Assembly (NCBI GenBank): GCA_022072125.1
Contig: JAJVIH010000018.1
Span: 27,868-91,867, forward strand
Source: Myxococcota bacterium
GTDB lineage: Bacteria > Myxococcota > JAJVIH01
Length of the DNA stretch: 64,000 nucleotides
Direction of reading: 5' to 3'
Part shown: positions 9,506 through 18,088 of the stretch, piece by piece
Numbering within the stretch: position 1 is the first letter of the stretch
Layout of the letters: each line of letters starts with the position of its first letter
Made by a program: the position numbers and the translations under genes
The notes under the pieces: generated by a model
Told to the model about the DNA's origin: nothing
Seen by the model: the letters and a program-made list of their open reading frames with translations, nothing else
Database searches by the model: none

Positions 9506-11725
9506 ATGGCTTCCGATACCGGACTCTATACGGTTCTTTGGGAATGCGCGGCGGATGGCTCATCATTCCGGCTGATCGCCGCCTCCGCGGTTTTGAAGCA
9601 ACTGCCCGGATTCCTGACCGCCGCCAAAACCATCGGCGAACTGCACGATGCGCTGCCCCCTCATGAGCGCGCCCTGGCGCTGGACGCCCTGGCGCAACTG
9701 CGCGGAGGCGCGGGGACGGTCTGCCTGCAAATTCACCCCGGAGAGGGCGGGGAGCGGCTCACCCTGGATGTTCAGGCGCGGTTGATGCGGAGTCCGGATG
9801 GCGCGGTGACGGGATATTCCGGTTGCGGCGTGATCCGGCCGGGCGGGGCGCGGGTCCATGAGCCGCCGGCCCGCACCGCCGCCGTGGTTCCCGCAACCGG
9901 AACCCCGTGGAGCAACGCCGATACCGCCGCCTGCGGCGATCTGATCGCACGCCTGCTGGGCGAACAGGGCGCCTATATCTGGTCCTATGATTTCGCCAGC
10001 GGCGTGCTGGATATCGCGCCACACAATTCCATCGTGGCGGGGTACTCCCTGAAAACCCAGGCCACGCAGGATCGCCAGTGGTGGTCGTCGAAAATCCACC
10101 CCGACGATCTGGAAGAGCACTACCGGCTGCTGAGTCATTACATCTACGAGCCGGGCGCCGTCTTCCAGCAGATATTCCGGATTTCCGGAGCGGATGGCGG
10201 GTGGCGGTGGATTCATTCACGCGGGCGGATCATCGAACGCGACGCGCAGGGCGAGCCGGTGCGCAGCGTGGGAATCGGATTGGAATGTCCCCCCACCGGC
10301 GCGTTCGCCAACCAGGGGGCGGGGATACGAAGCATGGTCGATCTCGCGCTCGACGGCGAGAACAACTACCTGTGGATTTCCGACATGAGGGGGGAAACCC
10401 TTTCCTTCGAGCCGCGGAACGCGCCCATCCTCGGATACTCGCCGGAAGAGCATCCCATCTGGCAGCAATGGTTCTGGAACGCGCGCATTCACCCGGAAGA
10501 CCTGATGCTCCTGCCCGGAATTTTCGCAAACGCGGAGGATGGCGAGTGGACGGAGTTTGGCCACCGCGTCATGGATATTCACGGGGTCTGGCGGATGATC
10601 ACGGTGCGCATCCGCGTGCTGGAGCGCGATGAACAGGGGGCGCCCGTCCGCGCCGTGGGAATCTGCCGGGACGACACCGCGCGCTGGCAGGCGGAGGAGG
10701 CGCTCAAAACCGCGGAGTCGGTGCAGCGGCTGGCGCTCAAGGCGAGCAACTATTTTGTCTGGGTTTACAATGTTCCCGCCGATGAGATGCGCATCGTCCC
10801 GGATGATCTGGGCGTGGGCGGCTACACCCCCCGGCTGGACGGGATGAGAACCTTTCACTGGTGGCTGGATCGCATTCATCCGGATGACTCCGGGCGGTTC
10901 GTCACCATATTCCAGGATGTCGTCTCGGGCCGTCTGCGGGAGTTCAAATACGAAGTGCGCCTGCGATCCAAAACCGGAGGATGGATCTGGCTCCAGGCCG
11001 CGGGCGAAGTGCTGGAGCGGGACAAACACGGCCTGCCCATCACCGTGATCGGCGGCGGCGGCGACATCACCGCCATCAAGCAGATGCAGATGCAACTCGC
11101 CGACAGCGAACTGCGCTACCGGAATATCCTTGAAAATGTCTCGGCGGGCGTGGTGGTGGTGGATTCGCATATGCGCATCGTGGAAGCCAATCCGTGGTTC
11201 ACCAAAACCGCTGGCTGGACCGTGCAGGAACTGCTGGGGCGCCGGGTGACCGATTTCATCGCCCCCGAGGAGCGCGGCGAAGCCATGGAGCGCATCCAGG
11301 TGCTTTTGCGGGGAGACCGGGGATTCCGCGGGGTGCGGCGCCGGCAAATCCGCAAGGACGGCTCCATCATCACCACGCGGGTGACCACCACCCCGCTGCG
11401 CCTGCCCAATGGAGAAAACGGCTACGTGGCGCTCATTGACGACCTGCCGGAAGAGAAAAACCAGGAACTGGAGGAGGAACTCGGGCGCATACGCAAGGCG
11501 CTGGAGGCCGTTGCGCGGGATCGGGATCGCCTTGGCAGGCTGATGCACGATTTCGCCAACCTGATGACCCCGGTGACGATGAACAGCGAACTGCTGGCCG
11601 GTCATTCCGTGGTGGCGCAATCGGAACTGAAGCCCATCGCCGATGACCTCGCGCGCGCGGCCGCCCGGGCCTGCGATTTGATTCAACAGTATCTCGGGGA
11701 AAAGGACCGGGAGACCGGCGCGTAA
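9506..11725 (+). CDS. Multi-PAS sensor protein with C-terminal HisKA-like dimerisation/phosphoacceptor domain but no HATPase domain
   Basis: Four PAS/PAC-like modules (e.g. NILENVSAGVVVVDSHMRIVEANPWFTKTAGWTVQELLGRRVTDFIAPEE). H-box GRLMHDFANLMTPVTMNSELL lies near the C-terminus. The ORF stops ~70 aa later without N/G1/G2 ATP-binding boxes. Confidence 0.7.
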   Translation: MASDTGLYTVLWECAADGSSFRLIAASAVLKQLPGFLTAAKTIGELHDALPPHERALALDALAQLRGGAGTVCLQIHPGEGGERLTLDVQARLMRSPDGAVTGYSGCGVIRPGGARVHEPPARTAAVVPATGTPWSNADTAACGDLIARLLGEQGAYIWSYDFASGVLDIAPHNSIVAGYSLKTQATQDRQWWSSKIHPDDLEEHYRLLSHYIYEPGAVFQQIFRISGADGGWRWIHSRGRIIERDAQGEPVRSVGIGLECPPTGAFANQGAGIRSMVDLALDGENNYLWISDMRGETLSFEPRNAPILGYSPEEHPIWQQWFWNARIHPEDLMLLPGIFANAEDGEWTEFGHRVMDIHGVWRMITVRIRVLERDEQGAPVRAVGICRDDTARWQAEEALKTAESVQRLALKASNYFVWVYNVPADEMRIVPDDLGVGGYTPRLDGMRTFHWWLDRIHPDDSGRFVTIFQDVVSGRLREFKYEVRLRSKTGGWIWLQAAGEVLERDKHGLPITVIGGGGDITAIKQMQMQLADSELRYRNILENVSAGVVVVDSHMRIVEANPWFTKTAGWTVQELLGRRVTDFIAPEERGEAMERIQVLLRGDRGFRGVRRRQIRKDGSIITTRVTTTPLRLPNGENGYVALIDDLPEEKNQELEEELGRIRKALEAVARDRDRLGRLMHDFANLMTPVTMNSELLAGHSVVAQSELKPIADDLARAAARACDLIQQYLGEKDRETGA

Positions 11726-11854
11726 CCCACCTTCATCCCAGGGGTTCGCCTGGTTCTTGCAAACCCGTCCCGGGCGCGGGAACGGCTTTTGCCCGCTTGA
11801 CCGTCACCTCCCTCCCGGCGCCCCGGCGTGGGGAGGGGGACAAGAACACGCCGC

Positions 11855-14800
11855 TTATTCCGGCACGGGGGGAGGCGGAACCGCCGGCGGCGGCGGCGGC
11901 GAACGCGGCGCCGCCGGGGGACGGATCACCAGCCCGCCGTCCACGAATCCCTGAAAGCCCCAGCGCGCCCAGTCAATCACCGAACGCGCCAGCCACAGCG
12001 CCCACAACAGCATGAGGGCGCGGTACAACCAGAGCGGGGCGCTGATCAGCACCGCCGAAGGCAATGCGCTGGCCATGCGATCCTGGTACCAGTTCAGGTG
12101 TGTGTCGTAGGAACCATTGCCCTGGATGTGCATGTCGGGAAATCCCAGCAAGCCCTCCTTGATGGCGAAGAGCAGCACGCCCGCCGCCGCGAAGGTGAGA
12201 CAGCCGATCAGAATCTGGACCAGCGGGTACGCGCCATCCGGAATGCGCGCGGCGAATTTCCGCTTGGCCCCCAGCACGAGAAACCAGCCCGCCAGCACCA
12301 GCGCGCCCGCCGACGCCGACTGGGAAAGCCCCACGCCAAGCAGAAACCAGTGGCGCGCCCGCATGGGAATCCACGGAATCCGCCCCAGCAGGAGGGAGAT
12401 GATCGCCAACACCAGCAGGAAGCTCCAGTACAGGATGGCTGGTCCCAACCGCGGACCGCTCAGCCACAACGGCCAGCGGTTGCGCGGCGTGGCGAAGCCG
12501 ATGCTGCCGTTCACGCTGGGGGTTTCCAGGGAAATGCGCGGGGTTTCGTAGCGGAACGAAATGGCGTTGGGGACTTCCAGCTTCGCCACCACCTCCTGTT
12601 GTCCTGGAGAAACCGGAATGGTCAGCTTCACGCCATCCTGATGCACCGGCAGCACCTTGCCGCTGACGCTCATGGAGAGCGCCCGGGCGCCTTCCGGCAA
12701 GGCGATGATGTGCTGGCCGCCCAGGCTCGCGCGCATGGACAACGTGAGGACCACTTCGGTGACCCGATCCCCCGGCGTGACATTCTGGTGGCTCTTGAGA
12801 ATGGTTAGCGTTTGTCCTGGCACGCCCTCCGGACGGGTGATGGCGAGTTTCACCTTTTCGCCGGGCCAGGGCTGCCACACATACTCGCCGCCCTGGTTGT
12901 TGATGGCCTCGGGAATGCCCTCGGCGCCCACATGCCACACGGGGCCCGCGGAAACGCGCCACACCTCGCTCCAGCCCACATCCCGCGGAGCGATCAGTTC
13001 CATGACTTCCTTGCGCTCCAGCACCGAGGTCCAGGTGACGCTCGACTGCTGCGGCGTCAGGTTGACCCGCACCTTGCGGTCCTGAATCTGCAGGTCCGCC
13101 GTGGTGACCGATTCGCCAGGCAACAGCGGAACCGCCAGCACGGCGGAGACGCTGGAATCGTTGAGGCGCTCCACCGTGGTCTCGACCTGCCATTGCAGGT
13201 CAAGGGATATCTCCCGGGTGACGCGCACGAATGGCGGCACGTCGCTGGACTCCATCGGCGCGGCGGAATCCATTTTCTTTTCCCGCACCCGCTGGAGCTG
13301 GAGTTCGCCATCGGGCCGCCCGTTTTCCCGGATGCCGGCGACGAGCCAGCCCTGCGCCTGCGCGGTGACGCGGGCGGGCGGCAACGGCAGGGGCAATTGC
13401 ACGGCGTCCTTGCCAGGCAGGCGGCCTTCCATCACTACGGCATGGCTGCCCTGGGGGAGCCACAGCAGCAAATGGCCCCGGCCATCGCGCATCATCGCCG
13501 GATTGTGCTCGCCGTTGATCGTCACGCTGTCGGGAGTCCAGTGTCCCGCGCCGCCGGGGAGGGCGATCGCCGCGCCCGCCGCCATGTGAACCCGCAGGTT
13601 CAGACGCAGGCTGTCCGCCTGGGCGTTGAGTTCCATGCTTTCGATGGAGGCGCAGTTGGGGCTGCAGGCCTCCGGCCGCAACAGGCGCTCGCGCAACTGG
13701 TCGAGGGTGGCGGAATCGGGCATCTGCGCGCGGGCGCCGCCGGCGGAGAAGGTGAAAACGATCAACATCGCCGCGGCGGCTGCGCTGACGGCGGGGGCCG
13801 GCGCTGGCGCGGAAGGTCCGGTTTTCCGCGTCAGGGAGCGGGCGAGCGCGATCAACAGTCCCAGCAACAGCGCCAGCCGCGCCCAGCTCAGCAGGGAATT
13901 GAGCCAGGGCGGCGCCAGCCACAACCGGAGCTGTTCGGTTTTCTCCACCGGGCCGTTCCATTGGATGGCGATGCTCTGCCAACTCCAGGCGGGAAGTCCG
14001 GGACCGGTCTGCACATTGGCGTTGGGGTCGTTCTGGTACATGCGGTTCTTCCGCTGCACGCCCTTGTACAGGTTGGAGGAGCGCTGCGGCGCGGCCTTGC
14101 CGCGCCCTCCCATATCGCTCAAATCAGAGCGGAACGAGTTGATGCCGGCGTCCTTGCCGTCAATCATGCCCTGCACCGCATCCTGGGCCGGAGATGGCGG
14201 AGGAGCGGCCGGCGCGGCGTTTTGCTGGAAGTTTTCTTCTTCCATGGGCGCGGCGGCTTTGTCCTGCATGGCCGCCATCCCCCCCAGCGGGACATGAAAA
14301 CTCCAGCCATCGCCATACCCACTGCTGGATCCCAGGGCTGGATACATGGCCTGCCGCCCCTGCCGCACCACGAATGGCAGCGCCAGGGCCAGCAACACCA
14401 GCCAGCAACCGGCGCGCGCCAGGTTGCCCGCCACGCGCAATCCGCCCGCGGGCAGATAGCGGGCCAGCGCCTCGGTGATGATCAGGGCGATCCAGATCCA
14501 TTGCGGAGCGCCTGGCTCCTGAAAGGTCAGCACCAGCACCGCCAGGGCGAGAGCGCCCCTGGCCTTGCCCCAGAGCCTGGTCATGGCGAGCGCGGCGACC
14601 AGCACCAGAAACAGATCGAGCAGGGTCCAGGAGCGCATCCAGGTGCGGGGAACATCATCGGCGCCGCTGATATGCAACGCCGACCACCCTGGCGGCAGGT
14701 GCAGGGTGGCGGACACGCGCTGGAAATCATGATCCCAGCCGGTGGAAGGGATGGCCGAAGTTTCGCCCTCGATGCGGCTTTCCGCCTGTACATTGAAGGA

Positions 14801-16042
14801 GGGATGGCGGATTTCCACCCCCATGCGTCCCTTCTGATCCCGGGTGATGACCTGATCCGCGCCGTTGACGTTGGCGCGTCCCAGCAGCAGGCCCGGCGCG
14901 CCGGAGAGCCGCCACTCGGTGTGCATGCTGCCGGAGATGGCGTCGCGCGCGGTGAAGCCGCCGCCCTCGAAATCCAGCCAGAGTTCGCGGGTCAGGTTGA
15001 ACTGGTTGGGCGCGGGATCGGAATTGCCCCGGCGCAATACGTCCAGGGTCATTTTTTCGCCGGGGGCCAGGCGGTAGGCGGGAAATCCGCGCCACTCCGC
15101 AGGCAGCCGGGTCTGGTTGGCGTCAACCGGCGCCGGACTGGTGATATTGACCACGCGATTTTCGGGAACGGTCTGAAAGGCCCAGATTTCTTCCGGGGCC
15201 CAGTCGCCCTGCCCGGGAGGAAAACTGATGGACCGGGTTTCCGCGCCGTAACGGGTGACGAGGGTGATCGTCCAGGTTCCCGGCCGCACCTGCAGGCGCA
15301 GGCGTCCGTCGGTTTCAATGCGCGCAGGCACGGGCGAGTTCAGGCTGACCGGCACATGAGACTTGTCCACCGGCGGCGCCAGCAATATCTCCCGCGCCTC
15401 GCCGGCGGCCCGCAGTTCGATGCGCGTGGTCACCTGCAGCGGATTGTCGTCAAGCACATGGCGGAAGACATCAATCTCCAGGGTGTTTTCCACCGCGACG
15501 GGGGTCTCCTCGCGGGAGAGCCACAGGAATCCCTCGGGATCGCGGTGTGGAAAGGGAGCGGGTCTGCCGTTGATCTCCAACGCCAGCAATCCCACTGACA
15601 GCGGCGCGAAGAGTTTTTCCGGGGCTCGCTCCCACGCAAAACGCCCGCTGATGACATAAGCGCCGGGCGGCAGCCAGATGACCGGAGTATCGCCGTTGTC
15701 CACCACCGCGCCCTGCGCGCCATTGACCTTCACGTCCAGCGGCCAGTGGTCGCGATCACCAGGCAGGCGCACCGGCGATCGTGCATAAACGGACACCGGA
15801 TATTCAAACACCGCTCCCTTGCCGGAGGTCTTGATCTCCAGCCGGGCCGGCCACACACATTCGCGGACAGCGGCGTCTTCCCCCGGCAATGACGGGCAAC
15901 GCATGGCCTCGTGGCCATCCAGCACCCAGGGAATCCAGCTTTTCAGCGGGTCCGGAACCTGTTCCCGCGGAAGCGGTCCCGCGGCGGCCGTGGCGGCCGA
16001 CAACATCAATACCGCCGCCGCGGCGAATGGTTTTACGGTCAT
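11855..16042 (-). CDS. Very large (1395 aa) membrane protein with internal duplication: two [signal/anchor - ~450 aa extracytoplasmic domain - 4 TM] modules and a Pro-rich C-terminal tail
   Basis: N-terminal signal peptide (AAAAVLMLSAATAAAG). TM cluster at aa ~640-740. Second anchor-like segment (LALLLGLLIALARSL...AMLIVFTFSAGGARAQ) and second TM cluster at aa ~1200-1360. The two soluble halves share motifs (C..C near the start; HW.P..V.VNG ... WLP.G..V..GR). Ends PPPPPAVPPPPVPE. Confidence 0.6.
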   Translation of the reverse strand: MTVKPFAAAAVLMLSAATAAAGPLPREQVPDPLKSWIPWVLDGHEAMRCPSLPGEDAAVRECVWPARLEIKTSGKGAVFEYPVSVYARSPVRLPGDRDHWPLDVKVNGAQGAVVDNGDTPVIWLPPGAYVISGRFAWERAPEKLFAPLSVGLLALEINGRPAPFPHRDPEGFLWLSREETPVAVENTLEIDVFRHVLDDNPLQVTTRIELRAAGEAREILLAPPVDKSHVPVSLNSPVPARIETDGRLRLQVRPGTWTITLVTRYGAETRSISFPPGQGDWAPEEIWAFQTVPENRVVNITSPAPVDANQTRLPAEWRGFPAYRLAPGEKMTLDVLRRGNSDPAPNQFNLTRELWLDFEGGGFTARDAISGSMHTEWRLSGAPGLLLGRANVNGADQVITRDQKGRMGVEIRHPSFNVQAESRIEGETSAIPSTGWDHDFQRVSATLHLPPGWSALHISGADDVPRTWMRSWTLLDLFLVLVAALAMTRLWGKARGALALAVLVLTFQEPGAPQWIWIALIITEALARYLPAGGLRVAGNLARAGCWLVLLALALPFVVRQGRQAMYPALGSSSGYGDGWSFHVPLGGMAAMQDKAAAPMEEENFQQNAAPAAPPPSPAQDAVQGMIDGKDAGINSFRSDLSDMGGRGKAAPQRSSNLYKGVQRKNRMYQNDPNANVQTGPGLPAWSWQSIAIQWNGPVEKTEQLRLWLAPPWLNSLLSWARLALLLGLLIALARSLTRKTGPSAPAPAPAVSAAAAAMLIVFTFSAGGARAQMPDSATLDQLRERLLRPEACSPNCASIESMELNAQADSLRLNLRVHMAAGAAIALPGGAGHWTPDSVTINGEHNPAMMRDGRGHLLLWLPQGSHAVVMEGRLPGKDAVQLPLPLPPARVTAQAQGWLVAGIRENGRPDGELQLQRVREKKMDSAAPMESSDVPPFVRVTREISLDLQWQVETTVERLNDSSVSAVLAVPLLPGESVTTADLQIQDRKVRVNLTPQQSSVTWTSVLERKEVMELIAPRDVGWSEVWRVSAGPVWHVGAEGIPEAINNQGGEYVWQPWPGEKVKLAITRPEGVPGQTLTILKSHQNVTPGDRVTEVVLTLSMRASLGGQHIIALPEGARALSMSVSGKVLPVHQDGVKLTIPVSPGQQEVVAKLEVPNAISFRYETPRISLETPSVNGSIGFATPRNRWPLWLSGPRLGPAILYWSFLLVLAIISLLLGRIPWIPMRARHWFLLGVGLSQSASAGALVLAGWFLVLGAKRKFAARIPDGAYPLVQILIGCLTFAAAGVLLFAIKEGLLGFPDMHIQGNGSYDTHLNWYQDRMASALPSAVLISAPLWLYRALMLLWALWLARSVIDWARWGFQGFVDGGLVIRPPAAPRSPPPPPAVPPPPVPE

Positions 16043-16172
16043 GCGCGCGCCTTTCCAGAGAGATGTTCCTCAGCTTACCGGGAAGCTTGTCTCCTGCAAA
16101 GACGGACGGCGGCGCGAAAAGTTTTCCGGGGCGGTTGATCCGCTTCCGGCGGACTGCCATGCTGAACGGGAC

Positions 16173-16724
16173 ATGGTGTTTCTCCGTCCAGCCGCCGCTC
16201 TCGCGGCCCTGCTTTTGCTTTCCTGTTCATCCGGCGGGGAGACCGGCGCGCGCGACTTTTATTCCGGCATGCCCATTCTCGAAACCCTGGCGGTGCTCAA
16301 CGCCCGTACCGCCGGATTCATCGTGCGCAGCGGACTGGGGCTGACTGCTTCGTCGCCATCGCTGAAACAGGAAGAGTTTGAATGGATCCTCATCCATGTC
16401 CATGAAGAGCGGAACGATGATTCCGGCCTGGAGCGTTACTCGGATCGCCTGACCTTTCACGACGGCGTATTGACGGAATGGCAATGGCGGCGCGGCGCCG
16501 GATCCGATCGGGAGTTTGACCAGATCACCTCCTCCGGCAAGCGCGTGGAGAGGGACGCATTTGTCCTTGTTTACCTGGATGACCGCCGGATCGTGGGATG
16601 GCGCAACCGCGACAACGGGGAGATGTGGCTGCGCGACTATGATCTCATGATCCGCCTGGGCGTGGCCACGGACGAGGACTACCGCGCCTGGGTGGAACGG
16701 GAGATTCTGGCCCATGCGCGCTAG
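16173..16724 (+). CDS. Hypothetical lipoprotein
   Basis: Start moved to the internal ATG (MVFLRPAAALAALLLLSCSSGGE, lipobox LLSC). The longer track ORF (15819) overlaps the 5' end of the divergent giant gene. Confidence 0.5.
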   Translation: MVFLRPAAALAALLLLSCSSGGETGARDFYSGMPILETLAVLNARTAGFIVRSGLGLTASSPSLKQEEFEWILIHVHEERNDDSGLERYSDRLTFHDGVLTEWQWRRGAGSDREFDQITSSGKRVERDAFVLVYLDDRRIVGWRNRDNGEMWLRDYDLMIRLGVATDEDYRAWVEREILAHAR

Positions 16725-17193
16725 GCGGATCCTTGGGTTTCTCCTGTTTCTGCCGTTGATATCCTGCGGCGGCGGCGTGGACGCGATGATGGATGGTTTC
16801 CCGCTGGGCGGCTCCCTGGCCAGTTGCCAGCGGCGTCTGCTGGAATGGCGCTACAACTTCACGCAGGCCAGCCGTGACGCCGGAGAAGGCGGCGAATCCA
16901 TGCGCTGGATCACGGCTGACGGAGGCCCGCGCGGCAAGCCCTCCCGCCTGGGCCTGGTCTTTGAAAACGGGCGCCTGGTGCTGGCGCAGGCGTTTTACCA
17001 CGACCCCGCGCCGGTGCTCGATCGGCTGAAAACGCTGGGAGAACCGGCGTCCGCCTCCAGGGGGGTGCGCCGGTGGAAACCCGGCGGCGATGTGGAAGTG
17101 GAATGGGATGAAGCGCGCGGCCGCCTGATCGTCCACAAATCCCACGTCAACTGGCGTCTGTGGGCCAATCCCTCTGGCGGAACCATGAACTAG
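16714..17193 (+). CDS. Hypothetical lipoprotein
   Basis: MRARRILGFLLFLPLISCGGG lipobox. Overlaps the previous gene's stop by 11 nt, consistent with an operon. Confidence 0.45.
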   Translation: MRARRILGFLLFLPLISCGGGVDAMMDGFPLGGSLASCQRRLLEWRYNFTQASRDAGEGGESMRWITADGGPRGKPSRLGLVFENGRLVLAQAFYHDPAPVLDRLKTLGEPASASRGVRRWKPGGDVEVEWDEARGRLIVHKSHVNWRLWANPSGGTMN

Positions 17194-17308
17194 CCACGCC
17201 ATTTGCTCCCACATGCGGATATTCCGCCTGTCCGGGGCGCTGGAGCGGGGGCGTTGAAAATGACAGGAAGAACCCACGCGGATATATCCTTCGCCGGGGA
17301 ACAGACGG

Positions 17309-17884
17309 ATGAACAACGGAAAGACTGCGCCATCCATTCCTTCCGCCGCTGGCGGCGAAGGGCGCATCACCCTGCGGGACGCTGTCATGGACGATCTGCC
17401 CCTGCTGCGGCGGTGGGATGAACAACCGCACAACATCGAAGCCGATCCCAACGATGACTGGGGATGGGAAAACGAACTCGGCCGCAAACCTGACTGGCGG
17501 GAACAACTCATCGCCATGGCGGATGGCAGGCCGATCGGATTTATCCAGATCATCGATCCCGCACGTGAGGAAAGCCATTACTGGGGTGATTGTCCGCCCA
17601 ACCTGCGGGCGGTTGACATCTGGATTGGCGAGGCGAACGACCTGGGGCGCGGTTACGGAACACAGATGATGGCGCTGGCCCTCGAACGCTGTTTCGCTCC
17701 GCCTGAAGTGGAGGCCGTGATCATCGATCCGCTGGCCGGCAACACGCGGGCCATCCGTTTTTACCAGCGGTTGGGTTTCCAGTTCACGGAGTTCCGGGAC
17801 TTTGGCCGCGATCATTGCGCAGTCCACCGCCTCACCCGCGCAGCTTGGGAATCCCTGCGCGCCGCGCAAAACCGGAAGGAATGA
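17309..17884 (+). CDS. GNAT family N-acetyltransferase, AAC(6')-Ib-like
   Basis: WIGEANDLGRGYGTQMMALALERCF...IDPLAGNTRAIRFYQRLGFQF. Resembles the acetyl-CoA binding region and C-terminal DPxxxNxRAIRxYEKxGF motif of aminoglycoside 6'-N-acetyltransferases, from memory. Confidence 0.65.
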   Translation: MNNGKTAPSIPSAAGGEGRITLRDAVMDDLPLLRRWDEQPHNIEADPNDDWGWENELGRKPDWREQLIAMADGRPIGFIQIIDPAREESHYWGDCPPNLRAVDIWIGEANDLGRGYGTQMMALALERCFAPPEVEAVIIDPLAGNTRAIRFYQRLGFQFTEFRDFGRDHCAVHRLTRAAWESLRAAQNRKE

Positions 17885-18088
17885 TTTCCGCCCATCGAAT
17901 CCATCAGACGGGCGGAAGGGAGCCGGTAAAATCGTCAGGGGGAAGAGACTCGGCGGTAGCGGCCGCCGCTCCATTCACCCAACTCCCTGTTTCCGCTGGA
18001 TTGACGCAGAGCGTTAATTGCGGTAGAGGGCCGCTCTGCTACACTGGAGCACTTGTATCTCCGGGGCAGGTTGCCGGGAGGGTTTTTC

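Noticed and set aside
11760-11800. Short hairpin TCCCG-GGCG-CGGGA followed by CTTTTG after the PAS gene
   Set aside because: A 5-bp stem with an interrupted T-run. Marginal as an intrinsic terminator.
12812-15598. 928-aa + strand ORF inside the giant - strand gene
   Set aside because: No signal, TM or motif content, Arg/Gly/Ala-rich. The - strand frame has coherent signal peptide and TM architecture, so this is a shadow ORF.
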